A stretch of DNA of 29,457 bases from Camelus dromedarius (Eukaryota): NCBI RefSeq assembly GCF_036321535.1. It is one part of the record NC_087438.1 of this genome. The stretch is one strand, 5' to 3'. Shown here one piece after another: positions 1 to 13,059 of the stretch (position 1 is its first letter; the number at the start of each line of letters is the position of its first letter). Made by a program: the position numbers and the translations under genes. Under the pieces are notes generated by a model. The model was not told the DNA's origin. It did no database searches and saw only the letters and a list, made by a program, of their open reading frames with translations.

Positions 1-14
1 TGTAGAGGGTGGTG

Positions 15-170
15 GGTGGAGATGACTTCAGAGAGGTGATGACATTGGAACTGGGGTCTTGAAGGATGAGTAAGTGTCCCATGGGGTAGGGGGAGGCATT
101 CCAAGCAATGGGAACTTCATTAGCAAAGGCCTAGATGCATGACCAAGATTGGTGACTCGTTGGGCGAGGC
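15..170 (-). mobile_element. L2 LINE fragment
   Basis: cttgaaggatgagtaag...gcattccaagcaatgggaac...agcaaaggcc resembles antisense L2, by eye. Confidence 0.5.
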
Positions 171-699
171 TGGGGTTTACGAAAATGTCTGGTGATGTTG
201 GTAAGGCCCAGGGCGGTAGAGAGGTATTGAGGCCTCAGCCCCCAGCTGTCCTTGAGGCCTGGGTGGGGCTCCAAGGGGGTTAGAAGCCCCCCAGTTTGCC
301 ATCCCTTGAACCACAGAGGTGCAGGAAGGGCGTCGAGGGTCTTGAATGGCTAGTGCCAGGCCTTTGAGGGGTTGCAGTAGGGCAGTGCTGGAGGCCCCTG
401 TTGCCAGCCCGCCGGTGGCCAGCATTTTGCCAGGTATTCGGCCTTCTCTGGGGACTGCGGCCCTCTCTCCTACTTCACCCTCTCTTGGACCTGGGCTCTG
501 CATGGCCTCTTCTAGTCTCCTGGCCTCTGTCTGGACCCTGCCCATCCATCCAGCTCCCGGGCAAGACATGGCTTCTGAAAATGGGGATTTGGATTCCAAC
601 GGCTGTTAGAGACTTGAGAGAGAGCGCACAGAGCTTGGCTGTGCTTTGTGGGCTCAGTTGTTACCCACATTGTAAGTACATCAAATAAGCAACTGGAAT

Positions 700-915
700 G
701 GATGACAGCAGCGGTTGATCCTTACTCAGCACTGCATGCCCAGCGTGCTTCTGAGTACTTCCGAAGTATCCACTCATTTATGGGAAGTATGTCAGATTTT
801 CCTATTTTGCAGATTAGGAAACTCGGGGCCCTGAGAAGTTAGATAACTTGCTCAAGATTACCCAGTTACTGAGTGGTGGAGCTTGGGTTTGAATGAAGCT
901 GCCTGGCTCTAGTCT
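700..915 (-). mobile_element. MIR SINE
   Basis: cctattttgcagattaggaaactcggggc...ttgctcaagattacccag is the antisense MIR core. Confidence 0.7.
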
Positions 916-1899
916 GCACAGGTAACTGTTAGGCTGTATTAGCCTAGGGCTTTAGGGCCACAGATGGGGTTGAGGGCACAGCATTTTGCAGCATATGTGC
1001 ATATTTTTAACGGGAAAATGTTGTCAGATTCCCACAGGCGTCTGTGACCCGTAGGTGCCTGAGACTCTGCTGGTTGCATCATTAGCACACAAGCTGAAAG
1101 GCCATTAATGCAATAGACTGAAGGCCAGTGACCACAGAGCCCAGGCCTGCAGAGGAAGTGGGATTGGGTGGCCCGAGTGGGCAGGTGCCACCCCATGCAT
1201 TGACAGCAGGCAGGGCACCTTCAGGGCAGCTCTGCCTTCCCGCCCACTGTGCTCCTGTCCTGGCTCCCGGGCCAAGGGGTGGGGCTCACTGTGCCTGCAG
1301 GGCAGAGGGCTGTCCTTATCAGTGGGAAAGGGGACACTGGGTGCACCCTGGGAATAAACAGAACCAGTCACCCCAGCTCTCCTGGCTCCGCCCAGGAAGC
1401 TTGCCTCTTCTTGCCCTGCTCTCAGCTGGAATTACAGGGACTCCCTGGAAAGCTCTGCCCTGTCCCTTATCTCCAAGCTGTGGTATGTGCCCCTTTCTCT
1501 TCCTACCCCTACTCAACCCTTACTTCGCCTTCTGGTAAGTTCAGGTTCCACTTCCTCCAGGAAGCCTTCCTTGGTCCTCCCCCTTCTTCTTCCAAGGGGG
1601 TTAAGTGCCCCACTTCTCTCAAATACCCTCCCTTCCCCCACTGTCACACTGCATCGTAGATGCCAGTTTTCTTGGCTGCCTCGGGTTTCCCGTGGTGCTG
1701 GCACATAGTAGGGACTTTTGTGGAATGTTACAGCATGTCAGAGGTTGTACAGCCACCAGACATCATCATGAGGCCCCTCTCTCACAGGCAGGAAGCCCAG
1801 AAAGCAGCAGGCATATCCCGGGTCACATGGCATGTCATGGCAAAAGTGGGAGCAGACCTGATGTCTAAGATGTGTCCTCAGTTCACACCCATGTCTTTT

Positions 1900-2390
1900 G
1901 TTTCTGAGCACTTCTTTAAAAAACATTTGTTTTCTTATATTCACAAAAATAATGATTATTGTAGAAAACTTAGGAGACAAAAAGAGGAAAATAAAAATCA
2001 CTCAGAGATAATTGTTAACTTTTTTTGTTTGTTTGTTTGTTTTTTGGATTTAGTACCGGTTTCTGCCTTATGCAGAACATTTTTAACAAAAATAGGACCA
2101 TGCGTACTGTTTTATAAATGTTTTCCACTTTAACAATATATGTGGTAATTATACTTCTATGTCAGTCAATGTCCTCCTTCAGCATATTGTAAATGGCTGC
2201 CTGGGATTCCATCACATGCTTGCATTATAATTGCTAAAGACAGTCCCCTATTGTTGGGCATTTGCTATTATAAACAACATCCTTTGCTACTATAAACAGC
2301 ACTGGGATTCGTATTCTTGTGGGGAAATCTTTACACACTTCTGCAATTATTACCTCTAGGATAAGTTCCTAGAAGTATGGTTGTTGGGTC
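1900..2390 (-). mobile_element. Old L1 (L1ME-like) fragment
   Basis: AT-rich; tcccctattgttgggcattt...ttgctattataaacaac...taggataagttcctagaagt is typical antisense L1M 3' sequence. Confidence 0.65.
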
Positions 2391-3229
2391 TCTATACTGT
2401 GCCCATGCTGAGCACACTGTACAGTGTTGGGTCTGGGAGGGATTTTGAAGATCTTTACCCCCAACCTGGGTCTGAGGCTCACAGTCCATCCCTGGCTGTG
2501 CCCTCACACCTTCTGACCTTGTCCCCAACACCCATCCTCCACGGGGAGTGCGCCTGACAGCTTTCAGCAGCTGCTTCCACTCATGTTTAAGTGAGACCGG
2601 TACAGGTGGAGTGCCCTGGGCTGGGGAATCCGCCCAAGGGGAGGCGGGAATGCCGAGTTTTGGTTGCCTGGGTGGGCAGAGGCTCACTCAGGGTGGTGCT
2701 TCCCCTCACCTCAGGTCCCTCGGCAAGTTCGGGATCCTCAAGGCAGGGGGTTCAGTCACCTGCTGTCCGGGCTGGCGTGTGCAGCTGTGGGCATGTGCTG
2801 AGGCTGAGAGATGTGTTGCATTCGGGGCAATTAGAGACAGCTGCCATTTCTTAAGTGTTGCTTGTACCAAGCTCCTGGGACAGGTTTACTCAGGTATCTC
2901 TCGCCCTGTGCTGCGGGGGTGGTGATTTCACAGGTGAGATCCCTGATGCTTGAGAGGGGCCTTCCAGCACAGCCACGCCGCTGATGCCTCCCAGCCCAGA
3001 GTCGAATACTCGCAGGGCCTCTCTCTTTTCATCAGTCGGATGGGGCTGCTGGGCCCGTTCAGAGAGAGAGACGGGTGAGGAAGCACTGCAGTAAGTGAGG
3101 GGAAGACGGTGAGGACGTGGTGTTCGGTCATGATTTAGAATTCTGCTTCTAGCTCCCAAGCCTTGCAAGCGTTTCTTGTCTCACTTTGTCTTTCCTGTTT
3201 CTGGAGTTTTCTTGGTTTCGTCTGAGACT

Positions 3230-3440
3230 GATAATTAAGAGCAACTACCGCTGTTGGCACCCCATGCTAGGTACTGCCCTGCGTGATTTACACACATCAC
3301 TGGACTTAATCCTCTGGCCTCCTGTGAGGTGGGTACTGTTGTCAACAAATGGGGAGACTGGGGCTCAGAGAGATTAAGGAGCTTGCCCCCAATCGTGTAC
3401 CCAGGTTGGGCAGCAGTAGTTGAACTTGGGCCCACCTCAG
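3230..3440 (-). mobile_element. MIR SINE
   Basis: tgtgaggtgggtact...gagactggggctcagagagattaaggagcttgccc. Confidence 0.7.
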
Positions 3441-3552
3441 CCAGGCCCTGTGTGTCCACAGTCACCCGACCCCCGGAGCCCACACTGACTTCCTTCTGAC
3501 TTTCCTCTTCTCTCTGCAGCCTGGGCCCCAGGGGCCCCACCGAGCGAGCGGC

Positions 3553-3618
3553 ATGCGGCACCCCCGGGCCTGCCCAGTGTCCTTCGGCCCACTACCCAGC
3601 CCCCCCAGGAGGCCCTGA
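3553..3618 (+). promoter_or_regulatory. uORF1 (21 aa, MRHPRACPVSFGPLPSPPRRP) in NDST1 5'UTR
   Basis: ATG 3553 (G at -3) to TGA 3616-3618, read directly. Function is inferred. Confidence 0.6.
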
Positions 3619-3665
3619 CGCCCTGGGGCACTTCTGCTGTGCACAGGACCACGTGGGGGTTTGCC

Positions 3666-3677
3666 ATGGTGACATAA
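3666..3677 (+). promoter_or_regulatory. uORF2 (Met-Val-Thr-stop) in optimal Kozak context
   Basis: gccATGGtgacaTAA. Confidence 0.7.
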
Positions 3678-3792
3678 AGGGGCGCGGAGGAAGGAAGGAG
3701 CGCAACCAGCCGCGGACTGCGCCCCTGGCTGGGAGGAAGGGCCGGGCCCGGATCCTCCTCTCCCGCTGCCCACTGCGGACCTTGCTTGCTGA

Positions 3793-4455
<663 letters not shown>

Positions 4456-4469
4456 TGAGTCTGAATCCC

Positions 4470-4685
4470 ATGCTCACAGTGGCTAGCTGAGTGCTTGACT
4501 TCTCTCCCCTGTAAAATGGGTACAATAGTGGCACCTCCTCCTAGGGTGTCTGAAGGGTGAGGGAGTGCAGGTGTGAGTAGAGAGAAGGCACTTGGAGCAC
4601 ACAGTGCCTAGTAGGTGCTTTTAATTTTATTTTTTAAATTAAATTTTTGTTTCAAGTAGTAGGTGCTTTTTAAGTATTAGCTTTT
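4470..4685 (+). mobile_element. MIR SINE, interrupted by the tail-only insertion
   Basis: ctgtaaaatgggtacaatagtggcacctcc...gtgcctagtaggtgct...tattagct. Confidence 0.6.
4609..4670 (-). mobile_element. Tail-only retroposition scar: 34-nt T-rich insert flanked by 14-bp direct repeats
   Basis: tagtaggtgctttt at 4609-4622 and 4657-4670; second copy followed by taa, giving a TTTT/AA L1-endonuclease-like site. Confidence 0.7.
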
Positions 4686-4844
4686 ATGAGGAGCACAAGA
4701 CAGGCATTGCTTGCTGTGCATCGGACCTGGCACACAGCAGGCACGTGCCTAAGAGAGGCCCCTGGGATGGGTGCAAAGGAGGAGAGCCTGTGCTCTGCTG
4801 GGTGCCTCGAAGCCTGTCATGGCAGTCCTCCCAAGGGATGGGAT

Positions 4845-4960
4845 GTGTCCCCATTTTGCAGATGGGTAAACCAAGGCTCAGGAAGATGAAGTGATGTATC
4901 TGAGGCTGTGCAGCCTGTTAAGCAGGAGAGCCAGGATCTGAGCCCAGACTTAGGCATCTG
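4845..4960 (-). mobile_element. MIR SINE fragment
   Basis: ccccattttgcagatgggtaaaccaaggctcag. Confidence 0.6.
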
Positions 4961-5269
4961 GGGCTCTGTCTCCTACGCTCTTTCCTCTTGGCTGTGGAGG
5001 GGTGTGTGGAGTTTATGCACCTCTCAAACCAGAGCCATTTTGCAGTGGAAGAAAGAGGAGAAAGAAATCCCAGTGGGCAGGTGAGCTGCTCTGGGCTCCG
5101 TGGGGCACCCAGAGCGACTGCGGGCACATAGTCCTTGCTGAAAGTGTCATGGAGAAGCTGTCCTTGGGGAGGAGGTTGGGAACAGCTGGATGGGGGATCC
5201 CGAGGGTCTGGCTAGAGAACTCTGACCTGCAAGGTGGGTGGTTGGGACTCTAGTTGGATGCTCAGGGGT

Positions 5270-5680
5270 GTTTGTTTCTTCATTCAGCAAATATTTACCG
5301 AGCGCTTACTGTGTTCCAGGTCCTCTGCTAGGCACTGGGGACACAGTGGTGATCAAAGTGTGCCAAGTCCCTGCTGTCACGCAGCTGACCTTTCAACGCA
5401 GTGGGTGGGGTGGGGGACTAGACAGTGAACAAATAAACATACCATGTGGCAGGTGGTGATTAGTACAAAAAAAAAAGCTGGAAAGGGCACATGGGTGATA
5501 GGTATGGGCAGCTGGTGCTGGTTTTGATAAAATGGCCTGGAAAGTCATCTTTGATAAAGTGACCGGAAGGAAGTTAGAGTAGCCTGTGGCTCTGTGTGAA
5601 GGGCCTTCCAGGCAGAGGGGACAGTAAATGCACAGGTCCTGAGGCTGGCTCTTGCTTGGCCTGAGTGGAGAGGAGCAGGA
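5270..5680 (-). mobile_element. L2 LINE 3' end
   Basis: ttcattcagcaaatatttaccgagcgcttactgtgttccagg...ctaggcactggggacacagtggtga. Confidence 0.8.
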
Positions 5681-6119
5681 GATGGATCAGAAGTGGCCCA
5701 TGTCCACTGACAGCTGCCCGTTCAGCCCCAGGCATTGTTGGCACTGCTGCTCCCTGGCACTGTGCTCTGTGCTGGGAGGAGCCTGGTCTAGTGGAGGGTT
5801 TCTCACAGCGTGTTCTTTCATACACTAATGGAGCAGGATGCTCTGCCATTAATAAAGGTTTTGTGGGCCAAGAAATTGAAGGCCCTTAGAAGTCCTGCAG
5901 TAGAGCAACCTGGTGAGATTTGTTCCCCAGCTGGCTTGATGACACAACCCTTTATTTCACGGCTCACCGTCTGGGAAGCGCTGGCCTGGTTTATGGCTGA
6001 GCAGTGACAGTGTCAGACAGCTTCATTGTCTGTTTTGCCTTTGCTTCTGGACTCTGTTCCCTTTCCTGCCGTGAACTTCATTAGTTGTGATCCAGAGTCC
6101 CAGGCCTGAAGAACATCAC

Positions 6120-6360
6120 AATGGCTGACACTCACTGAGTGGTCACCCAGCGCCGTGCACTCCTACATACTTTATGTGAATTAACACATTTAACACTCAC
6201 AAACCATCCTCCAAGCCAGGTACATGTCGTCCTGATTTAAGAGAGAAGGAAACTGAGGCAAAGAGGGGTGAAGAAATGTGCCCACACTCACACCTCTGAT
6301 GAGCACAGATCTAGGATTTGAACCCAGGCAGTTTGGGTCCAGAGGCTTTATTCCTAACCC
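6120..6360 (-). mobile_element. MIR SINE
   Basis: gaaggaaactgaggcaaagagggg...ctaggatttgaacccaggcag. Confidence 0.7.
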
Positions 6361-6654
6361 TGGGGGCAGGGATGTGCTCAGAGTCTCACTGTGGGGTCCG
6401 TGGCAACTCCAGGTCTTCATGCTTTTCCTGCCCTAGTGTGTAAGACAAGACCCCTCCTTGGTTCCATCTGGGGCCTCTGACTTTCTTCTCTAACGGGAGC
6501 CCTCTGGTGGTCAAGCTGCATCTTTCAGCTCTTCTGCACAGCCTGCTTCATTGCTGTGCCTCGGGCCTGGGACTCCAGGGATCTGGAGATTTACTTTCCA
6601 GTGCCCATTGGCACTGGATTCCCAGGTCAGTGCAAGAGCAGGGACTGAAAAGTC

Positions 6655-6850
6655 CAGAACCTGGTTCAACTCTTTCTGTCAGTTATAGACAGAGTGGCCT
6701 TGGGCAGGGTTGTTCAGCCCATCTGTAAAGTGGGTCCAGTCACTGCAGCTGCCCTACCAGGCTGTGTTGAAGATAAAACAGGACAGTGGGTGGGAAGCAC
6801 TAGTACAGTGCCCGGTACCCAGAGCCACCCAATAATCGGCAGCCGGCATG
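6655..6850 (+). mobile_element. MIR SINE
   Basis: ggccttgggcagggttgttcagcccatctgtaaagtggg...cactagtacagtgcccggtacc. Confidence 0.6.
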
Positions 6851-7039
6851 CCTTGTCATCTTGCTTTAGCAAACTCAGCTGATGGTAGCACTTTATCTGT
6901 CTTGTGGCTCTGGCCAGCACGTGCCCCTGAGGTCCTTGAGGGTGGGATCGGGTCTTCATTGGCAGCCCTGTTTCCTGGCTCAGCCTTGCAGCTCCAGGTA
7001 CCCTGGGGCTGAGCACACCCTGGGAGAGGGCAACACTCA

Positions 7040-7200
7040 CTACATGCCAGACCCTGAACTCATTGCTTTGCAGACTCTATCATATGTAATTCTCACAGCT
7101 AGCTCCTCTGTGAAGTGAGCATTTTAATTTCAGGTAAGGAATTGATGCTCAAAAAGTACATGACTGTGTAGACTTGACACAGTCAGAGCCAAGATTCAGC
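7040..7200 (-). mobile_element. MIR SINE fragment
   Basis: taattctcacagctagctcctctgtgaagtgagcattttaatttcaggtaagga. Confidence 0.5.
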
Positions 7201-8129
7201 AACCACGGTCATCCCTTCGAACCCAACCGCAAGTGAGCATGTCAGAGCAAAGTGATGGATGGGGGACCTGAGGTCCAGAGACGAAACACCTTGGGAGCCC
7301 CAAGGTTTTCAAGATCGTCCAGCTAGTTACTACCTAAATCTGTACTAGGCTCCCCATTCCCAGGCCAGTACCCTTCCTTCCTCTGCCTGATGACCCCACT
7401 GGAAGATTCGGTGTCTCCTCAGTGGGTCCCCAGTGCTAAGAGATTCCCCTCCCGTGGGGCGAGGCCTGCAGCAGAGGTCAGTCTCTGCGATGCTCGGGCT
7501 TCCTCTCCATTCTCTTCCCCAGCTGGTTCCTTTCACTGCAGACTGGGGTGGACAGTCAGCAACTTGGCTTTCTCCCCTCCTCGACATCTCCCAGCTGGGC
7601 AGCTGGCAGAGCTGCCAGTGCCTGGCAGTCAGCTCAGGATCGGGGCTTTGAAATGGGATCCCCCGGTGCCTGTGGTCCAGTGTGGCCTCCCAGGCCACAG
7701 CAGGTGACGGACAGGGCCTGAAATGTCACTGGCCCTCACTGCCTTTGTCCCCAGGGCTGGCTTAGGGGTCATGGGGAGCCTGGAGCTGGGGGAGGAGGCC
7801 TCTCAGGATGGGGCTCTCAATGCCAGAGGCTGACTCAGGAGAGGGTGGGGAGTTGGCAGTTATTCCTGGTGTGTAGAGAGTCAAATGTAGGCCCCTTATC
7901 TCGGTTTACAAGGCCAGGGCCCTGCAGGGCCTTTGTGGGAATTAGAAAAAAGCACTTCTGGGTGGAGGTTACTAGTAAAAGGCACCCTTTGAGCAGATGC
8001 ATCTCCACTTGGGGCACAGAGCTCAGCCCTCAGTGGAGTGTCCTTGTTCAGCGCTCACCTGGCCAGCTCCCTAGGGTGGCCCTGTGCACCAGCCTGCCTC
8101 AGTCTCCAACCTCTTTCCATGCCTTTTGT

Positions 8130-8730
8130 CTGCTCTTGCTTTGTCCCACTCCGCTCATTCTCCACACAGCAGCCAGATGGATCTTTTTAAAATGCAGATT
8201 GGAACCTGTCATCCCTCTGTTCAGAACCTTTTGATGGAGTCTTTGATGGCTTCCCACTACCACTTCAAGCCTCTTGGGTCCTGCAGGTCTGCCCCCAGCT
8301 GACCTTTCTGTCTCATCCCCTCTTCTTCCTCTTGATCACTCTGCTGGCCTCTTGCTATTCCTTGACTGTACTGAGCCCTTTCCAACCTCGGGGCCTTTGC
8401 ACTTGCTCCTACCTTGCAGCTTGGCTCCCACCTCTCCCACAGTTGACGCTTACTCATTGCTTACATCTTTGTTCAAAAGTCCCTTTCTCCAGGAAGCCTC
8501 TCGTGAGCCAACTGACTGTGCCCACTTATCTACTCTTCTAGAACTATGAACCTCTTCCATGTAGCATGTGCCGCATTGAAGTTTTTTTGTGTATTTCTGC
8601 AGTTTTGATTGCTCTCTCTCTTCCCTGCTCACCTTTAAGGTTCATAAAGGCAGGAGCCATGTCTCTTTTCCTCACTGGAAACTTAACACAGTGCCTGGCA
8701 CAGTGAGTAGTTGTGGAATGAACAAATAAA
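8130..8730 (+). mobile_element. L2 LINE 3' region
   Basis: cacagcagccagatggatctttttaaaatgcaga...cctcggggcctttgcacttgct...acagtgcctggcacagtgagtag...gaatgaac. Confidence 0.8.
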
Positions 8731-8799
8731 ACCCACAATGAACAACTGTCACTTGCCAGGAACTAGGGATCTGTCTATTCCTCTTTCTTTTAAAAAATC

Positions 8800-9090
8800 T
8801 AGTTACTCATCAGATATGTGTTTGCTCCCACTGGGTGTCAAGCCTGTGCTGGCACCACAGATCCAAGGTGGAAATGATGTAGCCCCTGCCCTTAAAAGGG
8901 CACAGCTTGGTGGGTGGGGAGACCCTAAACAGATAGTGCAGCAGCCAAAATGGGAAGTGCTGCAGCTGAGGCTTTAATTTGATCCCAGGGAGACCAGTGA
9001 AGAGACGAGGTTATATGCATTGGGTTTTGAAGGATGAGCAGGCGTTTGTCAGGCTTGGAAGACTGAAAGGAGCTGGCATAGGGAAAAGGC
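8800..9090 (-). mobile_element. L2 fragment
   Basis: tcaagcctgtgctggcacc...agcccctgcccttaaaagggcacagct...ttttgaaggatgagcagg. Confidence 0.6.
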
Positions 9091-9519
9091 CAAATTATAC
9101 CATATTCTGAGGCAGGTGGCTGGGAGGCTGAGGGACGGCATGAAGGAGCAGGGGCTGTGAGTCTAGGGAAGAGGCGAAAGGGAGGTTCTTGGTACTATCT
9201 GCAGATCCCCAGGGAGCTGGCAGTGGAGGGCCCTGGGAGCAGAGGGATGTGCGGGGAGCTGGACTCCTGTGGGGAGTGCTACGGGCATATGGGAGGTTGG
9301 GAGTGCTGTGGGGTGGAGTGTCTGCTCCTGCACCCCTAGTAGACCCTTCCTCTTTGATCTCTTCTCCATGAGCATCTGCCTAAGATTTCTCCAGAGGAAA
9401 GGACTGCGTGGCAAAGGCAGCTTGGAAACCCCAGATGGGAAAGCCTGATGGTCAGGTGTGTGGGCTCCGGGGTCAGATTGTCTGGCCGTGAGGTGTGGCT
9501 CCTCCTGACCACTGTGCGC

Positions 9520-9965
9520 CTGAGGGGAGCACTGCCTTCCGAGCCTCGGTTTCCTCGCCTGTGAAGTGGGATGACAGAGGAACCCGCCTCCCGAGGCTGA
9601 TGCCGCTGGCCCTGTGCTAAGCACTTTGCTACCGTTAATGCTCATCCTCCTCCACCACCCCTTGAGGGATTTACCACTCTTAGCCACGTTTTCTAGCTGG
9701 GGAAGCTGAGGCACAGGGCAGTTACAAAACTTGCCCAAAGCCAGGCAGTCTGGTGGCAGAGTCCATGTTCTCCACTGCTAGACCTTCCTCTGTGTGATTT
9801 TGGACAAGTTACCTAGCCTTTCTGGGCCTAATCTCCTCATCTGTAAAATGGGAATGGCAGTGACACACACCTTCGTCACGGGGCCACCGTGAGGATTACC
9901 ACACTCCTTCAGGTAAAGTGCACAAGCTGGTTCCTGGTTTTGGTAAGCACGTCAGATGTGTTAGC
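9520..9965. mobile_element. Cluster of three MIR fragments (+, -, +)
   Basis: gagcctcggtttcctcgcctgtgaagtggg; gggaagctgaggcacagggcagttacaaaacttgcccaaag; ggacaagttacctagcc...ctcctcatctgtaaaatggg. Confidence 0.65.
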
Positions 9966-10049
9966 TGGTGTAGCATCATGACGGGCGGATCTGGGTGAGC
10001 ACAGGGCCAGGAGTGTGATGAGCCCTCCGTGAGTATGTTAGAACTGTAG

Positions 10050-10724
<675 letters not shown>

Positions 10725-10769
10725 TAGTCCCCCTCCGTTGGCTGCTTGGTTTTACTGTCTTGTTAGAAA

Positions 10770-11410
10770 CAAGTGCCACTTAAAATTATATTGAATATAG
10801 AGGAATTTTGCATCTGGAGTGCATAACTATGGAGAGATAGGAGCTGGGCAGAGTCATTTACCTGCCTTTTAATCTAGCTGGGAATTTTAACTCTCAAAAA
10901 TGTCTATGTCAGTACCAGAGCTCCTGCAAAACTCGTAAGACAAGAATTGGAGCTTGAATCATACACAAGGCACAGTTTAACTGAGGTCTGTGTAGATAGT
11001 GGAACATGTGTTTAATTCAAAAAATGTTTACCACACTAAACTGTATTAAAAGCATTTTGCAAACCACAGAATTTTATACATCTATCCCTATTAAAAAGAA
11101 GGCTGCAAATTAAGACCATTAAGCAGTCTTTAAAATACGATTTTCATCTACTCACTCTTTTACTCCAAGTTATTTTGCAAAGGAAACGACATCACTCCTG
11201 TAAATGGGGAAATCGGTATCAGTTGCCATAAACAGAGGGCAACCATAACAGTAGACCCAGTGAAAACAAAACAGGGGATTAAAGTCTAGAGGGGCACCGC
11301 TGCCTGCTGACCCCCTATCCTCTCTTCCACGAGATTAGCAAGAGTTAGAAACACATCAGCATCAAACCAAGACTTCTTTTTGATGTTAGGAGGAGGATTG
11401 AAAAATAGGC
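10770..11410. mobile_element. AT-rich ancient repeat, probably a hAT-type DNA transposon relic
   Basis: Abrupt AT-rich block; gaaaacaaaaca...gagattagcaagagttaga...aggaggattgaaa recalls hAT-Charlie internal sequence. Family not confirmed. Confidence 0.4.
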
Positions 11411-11629
11411 TTGTGAGAGGAATGCTTGGCCCTCGAGTGACTCAGGTTGTGGGTGCTGTGTGCTCTGCCGCCCTGAGATCGCTGTTGGGATTGGCCGTGG
11501 GGCCTGGAAGGAAGCCCTGGTCTTGGGGCTGGGGGCTGTCCTCCTGCCTCAGTCAGGAGAGAAGTCTCTGCTTCCCTTGACACCTCCAGAGGAGAGGAGC
11601 AGAGCAGATGCTGTTGGGGAGCAGGCGCT

Positions 11630-11745
11630 GTGCTGGGAGTCAAGACCTGGGCTCAAGTCCCAGTCTGACCCTAACTGACTGGGTGACTTGGGCAAGTTGC
11701 TTCCCCTGTCTGAGCCTCAGCAGTGAAATGACAAGATGGGGTGAA
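11630..11745 (+). mobile_element. MIR SINE fragment
   Basis: gggctcaagtcccagtctgaccctaactgactgggtgacttgggcaagttgcttcccctgtctgagcctcag. Confidence 0.7.
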
Positions 11746-12474
11746 TGGGAGGGGCCTGGATGGCTAGGGTGAGGGGCATGTGCAGACGCCAGGCTCTGCG
11801 CCCCCGCCCCCGGGCTCTGCCTCTGAGTCGGGACAGTGCTTCTCTGACCTGCGTTACCCCGTGTGATTGCTCCTGAGATTTCACTTCCTCAAGGGCTCCC
11901 CTGTTGAAAAAAAGTTTTGAGATGACTCCTGTTGAGCTTTCTAGCTCTGAGGCTTCCTGTGATGCCATGACCTACTTCTAGCAAAGGAGAGTCCTCTGTT
12001 TTCTACTTAGGACTTTCTTCTGGTGGCCCAATCTTACTCTCTCCTGCTGTAACCTAGGTCCTTGCTGCCTGACCAGGGTGAGTCCTTGAGACTGGTCCAG
12101 GGTTGACCCTATGAGGGAATCAGGCTGCCAGGTCCACTGTGTCTCCTGTGAACCCAGAGTTAGCCCTTCTTGGTCCTCATTTCCCCCACTTTTAGAACGA
12201 GAGGAGTTTTGAGCCATTTCTGTGGGAGAATACCAACAGAAACATCCTCCTCCGTGCGCTCAGCTCAGTGCAGACTGCAAAGTGTTTTGCCAGCCAGGTC
12301 CCATTTGCCTTAAGCATCCTTGTGAGTCAGGGCAGAGTTGGGGTTTTTTTCTTTGTTTTTTTCTTCTTTAATCCCAGGCACTGGCTACAGCGGAGCCTTT
12401 CTTTCAGAGACATGAATGTCGCCTCCCGAACTTGTACAGTACAGGCCATACGGTGCCATTTACATAATATCAAC

Positions 12475-12640
12475 AGCAGTGCTTATTCAGGGCTTGGCGA
12501 GTGTTCAGCCCCTCTGTGTGTGGCCTCATCTGATCCTCACAGCAGCTCTGTGAGGTGGGTATTGTTTTAAGTCCCACTTTACAGAGGAGGGCACTACAGC
12601 TCAGAGAGGTGAAGTACCTTGCCCAAGGTCACACAGCTCC
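12475..12640 (-). mobile_element. MIR SINE
   Basis: cccactttacagaggagggcactacagctcagagaggtgaagtaccttgcccaaggtcacacagc. Confidence 0.75.
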
Positions 12641-13059
12641 AGCATCGATATCTATCAGGTAGTGCATGGCCTTGATAAGATGCCGCTGGTGGTCCCAGGA
12701 GGGCCAGGACTTTTCGTTTGCAGAGTGTTCTGAGAGCGAGCTCTGCTTGCAGGATTCCTAGCAGTCTGGTGCATCATGCTGGGTAGGGATTTTTTTTCAG
12801 TCCTGACTCCAGAGTACAACTGTACATTTGTTTCACAAGTGTCAACATCCCTTCATTGACTAGCAAAGCGCTGGGTGTGCCCTGCACGGGAACACTGCAT
12901 TGCTGGGCACACAGTACGTCTTTGGAAAAGTCATGTCCTTTGACATCAGCCTTGGAGTCACCAGTGAGGAGAAGTCTCCCACGTCGGACAGATGAAGGCA
13001 TGAGGCTCACAGGGGCAGTGACCACAGAAACCATTTTTTCATCACTTAACCAAGATACC

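Noticed and set aside
2261-2300. 22-bp-period imperfect duplication tttgcta(t/c)tataaaca(a/g)c
   Set aside because: Old local duplication within an L1M relic with no evident function.
3085-3096. gca|gtaagt as donor of an alternative upstream exon or promoter
   Set aside because: No -1 G, no clear paired acceptor or CpG-island promoter; isolated hexamers are common.
177-3168. Many 60-157 aa ORFs upstream of exon 2
   Set aside because: Expected by chance in GC-rich intron; they overlap MIR/L1 relics and show no splice-consistent coding signal.
9163-9738. 191-aa minus-strand intronic ORF
   Set aside because: Runs through MIR relics, has low-information composition and no recognisable domain.
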